Source: Bdellovibrionales bacterium CG10_big_fil_rev_8_21_14_0_10_45_34 (lineage in GTDB: Bacteria > Bdellovibrionota > Bdellovibrionia > Bdellovibrionales > 1-14-0-10-45-34). From it: a stretch of DNA of 64,000 bases. Below the pieces are notes generated by a model. It made no database searches, was not told where the DNA came from, and saw only the letters and a program-made list of their open reading frames with translations. The DNA lies in contig PEZS01000010.1 of the NCBI GenBank assembly GCA_002778785.1, positions 184,671 to 248,670 on the forward strand, written 5' to 3'. This document shows, in pieces, positions 9,517 to 18,497 of the stretch (position 1 is the stretch's first letter; the number at the start of each line of letters is the position of its first letter). A program made the position numbers and the translations under genes.

Positions 9517-9718
9517 TTAAAAGCCTCCATAGTGATTTACACTATAATACACTGTTATTCACTACGTCAAGAAATCGTTTTCGGCCAGCGAGTTAAGAGT
9601 GGTTTGGTAATTTAAGGTAAAAGACAATGTATGAAAGCAGGGCATTCCCTTGGGGAAACACCCACAAATGGACATCGAGCTCAAGGTAAATTTGCACCAA
9701 AGCCCGATTCCTAGAATC

Positions 9719-10144
9719 TCAGTAACAGTTTGGGTTTTTTGTGTGAGGAGGGCAATGAAAGTCCTTAACGGGATTTTTTGCCTCATGGCAATTGAGTCTT
9801 GTTGAATAGCCGCCTTCAAAAACTAACGTTTGATAGGGGTTATTTGCAATTCGAGTAAAGTGATCGATGTAAAAAACATCGGGCAACTGATCATTGGATT
9901 GAGGGGACTTTTCAAATCTTTGGACATGTCCACCAGCATCGTAAGTTGTTTGGGCAAGCATGTATTCTGCCCAATAGTTGGCTCGTCCATTCTTGCCAAA
10001 CCAAAGAACCGCGTCATTGCTTCCCTTGAAGTGAACCGAGTAGCCGTAATAGTTCGCGACTTCTTCGCAGTACTCGAAATCCGCACCGTATGCTGCCTGG
10101 CCACCTATGATTAAGAGCAATGTATAAGTTAGTATCGTTTTCAT
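9719..10144 (-). CDS. Secreted hypothetical protein
   Basis: Track ORF of 141 aa with signal peptide MKTILTYTLLLIIGGQAAYGA. It is divergent from the LysR gene. Confidence 0.45.
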   Translation of the reverse strand: MKTILTYTLLLIIGGQAAYGADFEYCEEVANYYGYSVHFKGSNDAVLWFGKNGRANYWAEYMLAQTTYDAGGHVQRFEKSPQSNDQLPDVFYIDHFTRIANNPYQTLVFEGGYSTRLNCHEAKNPVKDFHCPPHTKNPNCY

Positions 10145-10220
10145 TTTATCCCCCTTTTTGTTTGTTATCTGGAGGTAAACTCGTTTATTTCATAGTGTTA
10201 ATCAAATTAATTGATTTTAT

Positions 10221-11099
10221 ATGTACTTTAAAATAATTAAAACACTTATGGATCTTTCTAGTTTGCAACTTAAGGCATTTTTCGAGACCGCGCGTCTCGG
10301 CAGTTTTTCAAAAGCAGCTGAAGCCTTACACATCACTCAGTCGGCTCTCTCACAGCGAGTGTCGAATTTTGAAAAGGATCTTGAGATCACTCTCATAATA
10401 AGAGACCCGTCCGGACCAGTATTGACTGAGGCTGGGGAGTTACTGTTTAGGTATTGCCAACAGAACGCGGCGCTTGAGAAAGAGGTTCTGGGGCAACTGG
10501 TTTTGGGGAAGGACCAGTTGGCGGGCGTGATTCGCATTGCGGGATTTTCTTCGGTTTTACGATCAGTCATTATACCAAGCCTTGCCCAGTTTCTAAGGTC
10601 TCACACCCATGTTCAGTGCGAGTTTCAGAGTTGTGAGGTCAAGGATTTGGCCGAAGTGCTAAGGACTGCTCGTGCGGAATTAGTCGTTATGGATTATCGC
10701 CTATGTAAGAGCGGAGTTGTGGAAGTGGTGTTGGGGCAAGAAGAGTACGTTGTGATTGAAAGTGCTAAACTGGCAAATTGCAAAGATGTTTATTTGGACC
10801 ATGGCCCTCATGACAACGCCACCGAGTCGTTTTTCAAGTTTCAATCACAAAAGCCTATGGCGTTTAGGAGAACCTTCATGGGGGATGTCTATGGCATTTT
10901 GAATGGAGTTGAAATGGGTTTGGGCAAGGCGGTTATGTCTAAACACCTGCTAAAGGGTAACAATAAAATAAAAATTAAAAAAAGCCACAGAAGGTATTTT
11001 AGGGATGTCACTCTTCATTACTACGAGCAACCCTATTATTCTAAGTTACAGTTGGCGATAGTTCAGGAGCTTAAGTTAAATACCCCTAAGTTTCTTTGA
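10221..11099 (+). CDS. LysR family transcriptional regulator
   Basis: Track ORF of 292 aa with the HTH LQLKAFFETARLGSFSKAAEALHITQSALSQRVSNFEKDL. The true start may be the internal Met at MDLSSLQ. Confidence 0.85.
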   Translation: MYFKIIKTLMDLSSLQLKAFFETARLGSFSKAAEALHITQSALSQRVSNFEKDLEITLIIRDPSGPVLTEAGELLFRYCQQNAALEKEVLGQLVLGKDQLAGVIRIAGFSSVLRSVIIPSLAQFLRSHTHVQCEFQSCEVKDLAEVLRTARAELVVMDYRLCKSGVVEVVLGQEEYVVIESAKLANCKDVYLDHGPHDNATESFFKFQSQKPMAFRRTFMGDVYGILNGVEMGLGKAVMSKHLLKGNNKIKIKKSHRRYFRDVTLHYYEQPYYSKLQLAIVQELKLNTPKFL

Positions 11100-11202
11100 A
11101 TGTGCTAATTGAAGTTCGAATCCGGATTCGACATGGATCCGCTTGGGCAGAAATTTGGTGTCCCCAAGTATGGGGGGTTCAAACTGCGTGTGCTGAAATA
11201 GC

Positions 11203-11625
11203 TTATTGAATCGGCTTGTAACAACACTTTTTGTGAATTTTAACCTCTATGACTTTTTCTAGTTTGTTATCAGGGATAAACACAAGATGCCAGATCTCTT
11301 TGCTTTCACCGGGGTATGGCATAATTTTGTATGCGTAAATTGTGTCACTAAAAAAGTAACTGTCGGGGTCGCCAAGCTCAGTACGCACCAGTTTCATGGG
11401 CTTGCCCACGTATAGCTGATTGACTACAATGTGAACAGCCATCGACTCACGTTTCGTATGGTCGCCATTTTTAAATAAACTTTTATCAAGTTTTTTTATT
11501 CCCCATTTTTTTTGTGCTTCACTTGGGGACATGAAGTCTCCACGATAATATCCTGAGCTAGCAAATGCTATAAAGCAATATAAAGGCAAGAGTGCTGAGA
11601 ATAGGGCGAATCCTTTAAATTTCAT
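11203..11625 (-). CDS. Secreted hypothetical protein (last gene of the 4-gene cassette)
   Basis: Track ORF of 140 aa with signal peptide MKFKGFALFSALLPLYCFIAFASS. There is a 4-nt ATGA-type overlap with the upstream gene. Confidence 0.45.
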   Translation of the reverse strand: MKFKGFALFSALLPLYCFIAFASSGYYRGDFMSPSEAQKKWGIKKLDKSLFKNGDHTKRESMAVHIVVNQLYVGKPMKLVRTELGDPDSYFFSDTIYAYKIMPYPGESKEIWHLVFIPDNKLEKVIEVKIHKKCCYKPIQ

Positions 11626-12281
11626 TTTGCCTCCTTTGGGATGGGCAGTCCAGGACTTATAACGTCAAGATTTTTATTTTGAAGTTCCTCAATTGCTTTG
11701 GCTTCGAGTGTTTTTTCGTTCCACTTGTTGTTTTTAAGAAGAGCTTCGGCCGCGGATTGACCGCGTTCGTTGTTAAAGATATCCATTTGCTTTTCACGGT
11801 TTGATTGGAGCGGGTTGGTTTCGTGAGCATCGAGATATTCTTTTGCTTTTTGTCGGCCCAGTTCCTTGGTTAGCAGGCCGGCCCAAACAAAGTGCCTAAA
11901 GGCATCACTCTCGTCATTAAGGTCTTGGTTAGGGAAGTTGCGGTTGGTAGCATCTTCCGCACGACCTTTTAGCTTATACACGGAGTAGGCTTGTTTAGGA
12001 TTTTTAACGACAAGTTCTTTCTCAGCCTGGGTTAATCCTGGGTAAAAAACAAGTTTTGAAAGTAATGACCCTTTTTCTTTGGGCTTACACAATTCATCGC
12101 ATTGGTTTGGGCACATAAAGGTGCCCATGTCTGTCATTAGCGTCGCACAGTTAAGTTCGCAATTTTTTGAACCCGTTTCAAGCTTGCTTCCTCTAAACCA
12201 ATCGACACAATCCGGGTCAGCTGCGGTAGCGTTGCTTACGATTGAGAGGAGAGCGAAAAAAGTAATCCTATTAAGCCACAT
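11622..12281 (-). CDS. Secreted Cys-rich protein with a DUF6973-like C-terminal domain
   Basis: Track ORF of 219 aa with a signal peptide. The mature N-terminal ~50 aa contain 8 Cys. The motif DAFRHFVWAGLLTKELG...HE...MDIFNNERG resembles the DUF6973 pattern as I recall it. Confidence 0.5.
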   Translation of the reverse strand: MWLNRITFFALLSIVSNATAADPDCVDWFRGSKLETGSKNCELNCATLMTDMGTFMCPNQCDELCKPKEKGSLLSKLVFYPGLTQAEKELVVKNPKQAYSVYKLKGRAEDATNRNFPNQDLNDESDAFRHFVWAGLLTKELGRQKAKEYLDAHETNPLQSNREKQMDIFNNERGQSAAEALLKNNKWNEKTLEAKAIEELQNKNLDVISPGLPIPKEAK

Positions 12282-12591
12282 TAATCTTAACTTCTGCGTT
12301 TGGATAAATTGTGTTTAAAAATTTCATGAGCCGATCTATTGTGAACTCTTCTATATTATAATGGACAACCTTGCTGATCAGGGATTCGTTCTCACCAATC
12401 TTTTCGGCAAGCTCTCTTTGAGTCATACGTTTTTTGTTTTTGTAAATTACGATTTCCTGGCAGATGGCGTACTTAGTGCGATCTATGGCAGAAGCATCTT
12501 TGGGTAAAACCTTAGACGCAGGTCCTTTTGAAAGTCGTTCACGCACTTCTTTTAATTCAGCATCTGAAGGAAATTTTGTTTGTTTGCCCAT
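12271..12591 (-). CDS. XRE-family HTH protein (COG5606/HigA-like antitoxin architecture)
   Basis: Track ORF of 106 aa with the HTH MTQRELAEKIGENESLISKVVHYNIEEFTIDRLMKFL. It starts 6 nt after the upstream small gene and overlaps the downstream gene by 11 nt. Confidence 0.7.
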   Translation of the reverse strand: MGKQTKFPSDAELKEVRERLSKGPASKVLPKDASAIDRTKYAICQEIVIYKNKKRMTQRELAEKIGENESLISKVVHYNIEEFTIDRLMKFLNTIYPNAEVKINVA

Positions 12592-12597
12592 TTTATT

Positions 12598-12897
12598 TTA
12601 CCTCCGATCAACGCGAAATGCGTTGATGACTCCTAAATAATCATCAGAAATACAAATAAGAAGCACGAGGCGAAATGGTGAATTGTTTTTCAGTACAGGT
12701 TCGACGGTGAAATATTGAAATTCGCCATGCACTTCTTCAAGAGGAAAAGTTTGACCATCTAATGCTTGAATAAGATCAAGAATTAATTGGTCATTAACCG
12801 ATTCAGCATGCTTTTCCTTGTAATGCTGATCGATAATGACTCGATTTAGATTTCTACCGTTGATATTTATTCTTAGGTTATATTTTGGTCGAGTCAT
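12598..12897 (-). CDS. Uncharacterised small protein, toxin-like by position (upstream of the XRE gene)
   Basis: The track ORF is 12598..12915. I prefer the ATG at 12897 (MTRPKYNLRININGRNLNRVIIDQHYKEKHAES...GVINAFRVDRR) because the TTG at 12915 lies inside the predicted promoter. Confidence 0.45.
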   Translation of the reverse strand: MTRPKYNLRININGRNLNRVIIDQHYKEKHAESVNDQLILDLIQALDGQTFPLEEVHGEFQYFTVEPVLKNNSPFRLVLLICISDDYLGVINAFRVDRR

Positions 12898-12905
12898 CAA
12901 AACAG

Positions 12906-12936
12906 ACTCTACCAAAGTTTGACAAATTTGTCAAAC
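12906..12936 (-). promoter_or_regulatory. Consensus-like sigma70 promoter embedded in a perfect 20-bp palindrome
   Basis: The minus strand reads gTTTGACAaatttgtcaaactttggTAGAGT, that is TTGACA-N17-TAGAGT. The palindrome GTTTGACAAATTTGTCAAAC (12917-12936) abuts the CCA end of tRNA-Glu. The -10 element ends 8 nt before the ATG at 12897. Confidence 0.5.
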
Positions 12937-13012
12937 TGGCGTTCCCACGGGGATTCGAACCCCGGTATCCACCGTGAAAGGGTGGTGTCCTAGGCCTCTA
13001 GACGATGGGAAC
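12937..13012 (-). tRNA. tRNA-Glu (anticodon UUC), CCA encoded
   Basis: The reverse complement is GTTCCCATCGTCTAGAGGCCTAGGACACCACCCTTTCACGGTGGATACCGGGGTTCGAATCCCCGTGGGAACGCCA. It folds by hand into a cloverleaf with a 7-bp acceptor stem and anticodon loop CTTTCAC. Confidence 0.95.
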
Positions 13013-13140
13013 ATTGCTGAGGCAAAAGAGGTATGAATCTGCCAGAGATTTCTTTAATGAACAACTTTTTCTTCAAGAATTTAGCTCAACTATAAAGGGG
13101 ACACACAAAAAGAGCCGCGGGATTATCAACCCTTGCGAAA

Positions 13141-13216
13141 TGGTGAGCCGCGATGGACTCGAACCATCGACCCCATCCTTAAAAGGGATGTGCTCTACCG
13201 ACTGAGCTAGCGGCCC
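13141..13216 (-). tRNA. tRNA-Lys (anticodon UUU), CCA encoded
   Basis: The reverse complement is GGGCCGCTAGCTCAGTCGGTAGAGCACATCCCTTTTAAGGATGGGGTCGATGGTTCGAGTCCATCGCGGCTCACCA. It folds into a cloverleaf with anticodon loop CTTTTAA. Confidence 0.95.
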
Positions 13217-13270
13217 CTGCAATTGGAAAGACCCTAAGTTCTAAAAGCAGGCCCCCATTGTGTCAACGCT

Positions 13271-14572
13271 CTATTCTGAAAATAACGGCTTGATCCAAAG
13301 ATTTTGCTCTCTGCCAGGTCCGACAGAAATCAAATCTATAGGAGTACCAAGCTCCACTCCAAGAAAGCTTATATATTCCTGAGCCTCTCGGGGTAGGTCT
13401 CGAACAGAGCGAGCGGTATCAATGGGTTCCTTCCATCCTTTAAACGATTTCAATACAGGCTGAGCCATCTTAAGAACCTTTGAACACATCGGATATTCTG
13501 CCGTCGGCTCTAGATCATCAATTCGGTAGTGAGTGCAAACTTTGATCTCATCCATTGCGGTCAGTACATCAAGCTTTGTAAGCACAAGATTGGTGATCCC
13601 ATTAATTCGTATGGCATGTTTTAGTGCCACCAGATCCAGCCAACCACATCGACGAGATCGTCCGGTCGTGGCGCCAAACTCGCCACCAACACTTCTGAGA
13701 TGCTCACCCAATTCATTGTCGAGTTCCGTCGGGAAAGGCCCCTCTCCGACTCGCGTTGTATAAGCCTTCGTAACGCCGACCACACGTGTGATTACGGCGG
13801 GGCCGACGCCTGCAGAAGTGCAGGCAGACGCAGCTAAAGTTGAGCTGCTTGTGACGAACGGAAATGTGCCATGATAAACATCGAGCAAACTGCCTTGAGC
13901 ACCTTCAAAAAGAATATGCTTTTTCTTTCGGTGGGCTTGGTGCAGTTGAAAAGATAAGTTCTGACAGCGAAACTCCTCGAGCGCAGCTGCAAACGGTTTT
14001 GCCCACTTGATGAGTTCGTCAACGCTAAAAGTCTTTGATTTGTAGACAGTCTCAAAAAGGGCATTTTTTTCTTTTAAAGCGATCTCTAGCTTGCTCCGTA
14101 ACACAGACTCTTCAAAAAGATCTCGAAAAAGAATGCATCGCCTTGAAGCGCGATCTTCGTATGCAGGGCCAATTCCTCTGCCGGTGGTTCCAATTTTTGT
14201 TCCAGCGGAGTCTGATTCTCTGGCTTGGTCGAGAGCTTTATGAAAAGGAAGTATCACGGTGCAGTCATCTGAAATTAAGAACTGACCAGGTCGTTGTACC
14301 AGCCCAGCATCTTTGATTTTCGAAAGTTCCTCAGTGAGCTTCTCGATGTCGATGACTACACCTGGAGCAAGTGCACATGTAACGTGGGGGTGAAAGATTC
14401 CAGAGGGAACCAAATGCAAAACGGTTTTTACACCATTTATCACAAGCGTGTGACCTGCATTTGATCCGCCTTGAAACCGTATAACAAAATCGACGTCTTT
14501 TCCGAAAAGGTCGACAATTTTGCCTTTTCCCTCATCTCCCCATTGTGCTCCAACTACTGCAAATGCTGGCAA
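13271..14572 (-). CDS. purA: Adenylosuccinate synthetase
   Basis: The track ORF is 13271..14596, with the GAQWGDEGKGKIVD P-loop and conservation along its length. I prefer the TTG at 14572, which is preceded by AGGAG and removes the overlap with the upstream gene. Confidence 0.93.
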   Translation of the reverse strand: MPAFAVVGAQWGDEGKGKIVDLFGKDVDFVIRFQGGSNAGHTLVINGVKTVLHLVPSGIFHPHVTCALAPGVVIDIEKLTEELSKIKDAGLVQRPGQFLISDDCTVILPFHKALDQARESDSAGTKIGTTGRGIGPAYEDRASRRCILFRDLFEESVLRSKLEIALKEKNALFETVYKSKTFSVDELIKWAKPFAAALEEFRCQNLSFQLHQAHRKKKHILFEGAQGSLLDVYHGTFPFVTSSSTLAASACTSAGVGPAVITRVVGVTKAYTTRVGEGPFPTELDNELGEHLRSVGGEFGATTGRSRRCGWLDLVALKHAIRINGITNLVLTKLDVLTAMDEIKVCTHYRIDDLEPTAEYPMCSKVLKMAQPVLKSFKGWKEPIDTARSVRDLPREAQEYISFLGVELGTPIDLISVGPGREQNLWIKPLFSE

Positions 14573-14580
14573 AATATCTC

Positions 14581-15549
14581 CTAGCTCTGGTACCAAGGTG
14601 CCAGAGGCGGAAGTTTATCAGAGAGCTCTTTGTCGTCAAAAAAATTGACCAGCTTTTGTGCGGCGAGCATTGAGGACTTGTTAAATGCTTCAACCGTCAA
14701 AGAGGCCATGTGTGGGGTCAAAGACGCACTGGGTAGGGCAAGTAAAGGGCTCGCCGGTCTTAGTGGTTCGTTTTCAAAGACATCAAGAGCAATGGTTCGA
14801 AGATTTTTATTTTTGACTGCTTCCGCCAGGTCGAATTCATTGATTACGCCTCCTCGCGAACAATTTACGATGGCTGCATCATCAGAGATCCACTCTAACG
14901 TACGTCGGTTGACCATGTGTTTCGTTTCTTTAGTCAGTGGAACATGAAAACTCACGATATCGCCAACTCTCATGGCTTCTTCGAAGCCAACTAATTCAAC
15001 GCTTTGCTGAAGGGCTAACTCGGGCTCAATGTAAGGGTCATATGCATACAACTTCATTCCAAAAGCTCGTGCGTATCTTGCCACTCGAGAGCCAACTCGC
15101 CCGAAGCCCACGATGCTAAGAGCTTTGCCTTCAAGTTCAAAACCCAAAAGTTCCGAGCGGCTCCAGTCTGGAAGTTTTCCCATCTTGAGGGCCAATGGGA
15201 TATTTCTTGCAACACTGAGTATGTGGCTAAAAGTGAGTTCAGCGGTACTGGTGATATTGGCATCTGGAGTGTAGTAACAGGCAATGTTTCGATTCTCACA
15301 AAATGCAAAATCGAAATGATCAAATCCACTAGTGGCCGTGACCACCATTTGCAGACGTTCAAAACCCTTAAGGCTGGCTTCATTGATCTCTGTATCAGAT
15401 CTCACGACAAGACCTTGCAAAAGCTCCGGCGACTTGAGGTCTTTAAGCTTTTTGACCCATTGAACTTGAAAGTTCGAATGGCTTTGAAGCCAGGCGAGTG
15501 CGTGGGCTTCAAATCTTCCGACAATTCCGACGCAGATTTGTTTCGTCAC
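14581..15549 (-). CDS. serA: D-isomer-specific 2-hydroxyacid dehydrogenase (short-form phosphoglycerate dehydrogenase-like)
   Basis: Track ORF of 322 aa. NAD motif IVGFGRVGSRVA, and the catalytic-region motifs NCSRGGVI and LDVFENEP. A GTGA overlap couples it to the upstream aminotransferase gene. Confidence 0.7.
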   Translation of the reverse strand: MTKQICVGIVGRFEAHALAWLQSHSNFQVQWVKKLKDLKSPELLQGLVVRSDTEINEASLKGFERLQMVVTATSGFDHFDFAFCENRNIACYYTPDANITSTAELTFSHILSVARNIPLALKMGKLPDWSRSELLGFELEGKALSIVGFGRVGSRVARYARAFGMKLYAYDPYIEPELALQQSVELVGFEEAMRVGDIVSFHVPLTKETKHMVNRRTLEWISDDAAIVNCSRGGVINEFDLAEAVKNKNLRTIALDVFENEPLRPASPLLALPSASLTPHMASLTVEAFNKSSMLAAQKLVNFFDDKELSDKLPPLAPWYQS

Positions 15550-16766
15550 GATTCACAACCAAACGCGTGTTTACCCTCAAGCGGCGCCAAGCAAGACCTG
15601 GCCGCTAACAGGGCCGAAGGAATATCGCAGTCATGTCCCGCTACTGACAGCTCTTCGCCAACGGCACTGACAAGTCTAAGATGATCATTAGGAGTCAAAG
15701 CCCCCATATGTCCTACGCGCAAGATTCTGCCAACAAGATGATCTTGTCCGCCTGCCAACGTCATGTGGTGGTGAGACGCGAGTTTCTTCAACAGCAACTT
15801 GCCCTCAGCAGCGGTCATAGAGTCCGGAAGACTGAGTGCCGTAACTGTAGGACTGGGACTTTGAGAGTATATCTTTAGACCTAACGGCTCAGCTGCCAAT
15901 TGTACGGCTTTTGAATAGAGGCTTACTTGTTCGAAAAGATTCGTCAGTCCGAACTTCAACATTCGCTCCAAAATCCACTCAAGGCCGCACCATAAATTAA
16001 CGGGAGAGCTAAACCTAGTTTGACCTTTTTGGTTAGCTTCTTCTTCTTTGAGAAGATCAAAGTAATATCTCCTGCTTTGCGAATTTTTGCAGAGCTGCCA
16101 CGCCCTTTCAGACAAAGCAACAAATCCTAACCCAGTAGGTAGCATGAAGGCTTTCTGTGAAGCGCCAACTACGACGTCGATCTCCCATTGATCCATCGGA
16201 AGATTCATGGCTCCAACTGCGGTAATGGCATCAACCATAAAAAGACAGTCTGTGAGCTTGTGACAAATACGGGCCAGCTCTTCGATGGGATGAAGAGTTG
16301 CCGTGCTTGTTTCGCAGACCTGAGTTAGCACGGCGCGGCAGTCGGGATGAGACTTAAGCTCCTGCTCTAAAAGAGAGGGGGCAAGGGCTTGGCCCCACGG
16401 CACCTTTATTGTCTTCACAGTGAATCCAAGGGTGTCCGCCATCTTTGCCCAGCGCTCGCCGAACTTTCCTGAGTCAACAACGATTACTTTTTCACCGGGA
16501 CTCAGTAGGTTGATGATGGCGGATTCCATCGCACCTGATCCCGTCGTGGCTTGAACAAACACGCGGCCGGCTGTTTGAAATACAGGTTTAAGATTTTGTA
16601 GAACTGATTCTACAGTTGACTCGAAGCTGGCCGTGCGATGGTGTCCAAACGAACGAGCCAGGACTTGTTTGGCTCCGAAGGGCACTTGCACCGGTCCGGG
16701 CGTAAATAGAATGGCAGAACTCTCAGGCATGAAAGCGGTTTTATACTGTTTTCTAAGTGAAGTCAC
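15546..16766 (-). CDS. Class V aminotransferase (serine-pyruvate / phosphoserine aminotransferase-like)
   Basis: Track ORF of 406 aa. The pattern FTPGPV...SQKAFMLPTGLGF (PLP-lysine context SQK) is typical of the AGAT/SerC-like class V family. The start is uncertain: GTG at 16766 or ATG at 16730. Confidence 0.7.
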   Translation of the reverse strand: MTSLRKQYKTAFMPESSAILFTPGPVQVPFGAKQVLARSFGHHRTASFESTVESVLQNLKPVFQTAGRVFVQATTGSGAMESAIINLLSPGEKVIVVDSGKFGERWAKMADTLGFTVKTIKVPWGQALAPSLLEQELKSHPDCRAVLTQVCETSTATLHPIEELARICHKLTDCLFMVDAITAVGAMNLPMDQWEIDVVVGASQKAFMLPTGLGFVALSERAWQLCKNSQSRRYYFDLLKEEEANQKGQTRFSSPVNLWCGLEWILERMLKFGLTNLFEQVSLYSKAVQLAAEPLGLKIYSQSPSPTVTALSLPDSMTAAEGKLLLKKLASHHHMTLAGGQDHLVGRILRVGHMGALTPNDHLRLVSAVGEELSVAGHDCDIPSALLAARSCLAPLEGKHAFGCES

Positions 16767-16845
16767 TCGAGGTTAATTTTTCTACTATTTATCAGTAGAG
16801 CCCTTTCAGTTTTTCAAGTAAAACTGAGCATAAAGAGGAGAGTTT

Positions 16846-17460
16846 TTGAAGCTACACAAAGCGCCTTATTTAGGCAGACTTTTTTCGAGCCCTACGGACT
16901 TAGTTTTAAAAACTCTGATTCTTGTTACGTTCACGTCTTGTGGCTATCAAATCGGCAATGTTCGCCGTGAAGTGCCCGAAAACTTGAAGAAGATTGCGGT
17001 TCCTGTATTTGCCAACCACACCGACGAAATGGGAGTTGAAAGTTATTTCACCTCTTCGCTCATAAAGGAAATCGAACGAACTCATTTAGCGGCGGTGACA
17101 AGTAAAGACGAAGCAGAAGGTTATATCGAAGGCACGGTTACAAACATACACTATGCGCTTGGTCCACAAGTAGATCGCGGGCTTAGTGAGTTTAACTCGC
17201 TTCCGGAGGGGTCGGCACTCGCACGGGAGTATCGAGTTGTTGTGTACATGGGAATTCGTCTTATTAGAAAGGCTGACAACAAAGTTCTCTGGGAAGGGAG
17301 CTTTTCTGGTGAACAAAGCTTTCCGGCTCCGGTTGTTACTGCGCCGATCTTAAATACCGTGAATCCGCTTTACACTCATTCCGCTCGACATCAGGCCATC
17401 CAAACTCTGTCACAGGATCTGATGGCAGAAGCCTTCGATCGTATGACGGAGAACTTTTAA
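16846..17460 (+). CDS. lptE: LptE-like LPS-assembly lipoprotein
   Basis: Track ORF of 204 aa with a TTG start after AAGAGGAG. Lipobox FTSCGY. Its position directly upstream of holA matches the conserved lptE-holA pairing. Confidence 0.5.
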   Translation: MKLHKAPYLGRLFSSPTDLVLKTLILVTFTSCGYQIGNVRREVPENLKKIAVPVFANHTDEMGVESYFTSSLIKEIERTHLAAVTSKDEAEGYIEGTVTNIHYALGPQVDRGLSEFNSLPEGSALAREYRVVVYMGIRLIRKADNKVLWEGSFSGEQSFPAPVVTAPILNTVNPLYTHSARHQAIQTLSQDLMAEAFDRMTENF

Positions 17461-18491
17461 TGCGAAAACTTGGGTACCAAGATGTAATAAAAGATCTTGC
17501 TACAAATAGTCTTCGCACATTTTATCTAATTTCTGGTGAAGAAATGTTTTTGGTCGGCAGAGTGCTTGAGGCCATTGAAAAAGCTGCGGACCTTGGCGCC
17601 ATGGTAGATTTCAATCGTGATGTTATTTACGGAAGTCAGTTTGATCTGGCGAGATTTCAAGAGTCACTCTCTATGCTCCCGATGATGTCACCTCGGCGTC
17701 TTGTGGTTTTGCGTGATGCTCACCAATTAAAGGCAAAAGTTCTTGAAGAACTCATAGAGCCCCTCTCTGACTTAGAAGACACAGTCACGGTTGTGCTGCA
17801 TTTTTCAAAAGTTGATCAAAGAACACGTTTTTATAAGGCTCTTGCAGCAAAGGCTATGTTCATTCAGTTAGGCACACCTTATGAAAATGAAATGCCTCAA
17901 TGGATTCAATGGATTGCCAAAGAGAACGGTGTCTCGTTTGACGATCAAAGTGTCGCCTATATTCATCAGTATGTTGGCTGCGGTCTTCTCGAAACTGAAA
18001 GCGAAATAAAAAAAATTGCCGCCTATATTTCGCCTAAGAATCAGGCTACCTACGCCGACGTTAGACATGTCATATCTTCTGTAAGGGTTCACACGATTTT
18101 TGCATTTACCCAGGCGGTTGGCGAAAAAGATTTGGTGGCCTCACTTTATTGTTTAGCTCAATTGCTACAAAACGGCGAAAGTGCCGTTGGAATTGTGGCC
18201 ATGGTAGCGCGGCATTTGCGGATCATAGAAGCTGTTGCCGATGGCCAGAGATCTGGACTTTCAACTGCACAATTGGCTTCGCGGGCCGGTATCGCGCCGA
18301 TGTTTCTGAAGGAGTATTTGGCCCAATCTTCGGCTTGGAGTAAAGCGCGCCCCAAGGATGCCTTGGAGGTCGTTTTAACTACTGATCGAGCTTTAAAGAG
18401 CTCGCCGGTTTCTTCGCATATATGGCTAGAAAACATGGTACTGAAACTTTGTGGAAGAGGGCTTCAAGCGCCGGAAACTTTTGGCCGATAA
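17460..18491 (+). CDS. holA: DNA polymerase III delta subunit
   Basis: Track ORF of 343 aa. The N-terminus ...FYLISGEEMFL... and the overall pattern are holA-like. Confidence 0.8.
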   Translation: MRKLGYQDVIKDLATNSLRTFYLISGEEMFLVGRVLEAIEKAADLGAMVDFNRDVIYGSQFDLARFQESLSMLPMMSPRRLVVLRDAHQLKAKVLEELIEPLSDLEDTVTVVLHFSKVDQRTRFYKALAAKAMFIQLGTPYENEMPQWIQWIAKENGVSFDDQSVAYIHQYVGCGLLETESEIKKIAAYISPKNQATYADVRHVISSVRVHTIFAFTQAVGEKDLVASLYCLAQLLQNGESAVGIVAMVARHLRIIEAVADGQRSGLSTAQLASRAGIAPMFLKEYLAQSSAWSKARPKDALEVVLTTDRALKSSPVSSHIWLENMVLKLCGRGLQAPETFGR

Positions 18492-18497
18492 GCTACT

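Noticed and set aside
11114-11132. GTTCGAATCCGGATTCGAC after the LysR stop. It looks like a tRNA T-arm and could have been an att-site remnant of tRNA-Glu.
   Set aside because: It is a self-complementary 9/10-bp hairpin, not a copy of the tRNA-Glu 3' end (only about 8-10 nt of loose similarity). It is more likely a terminator-like stem.
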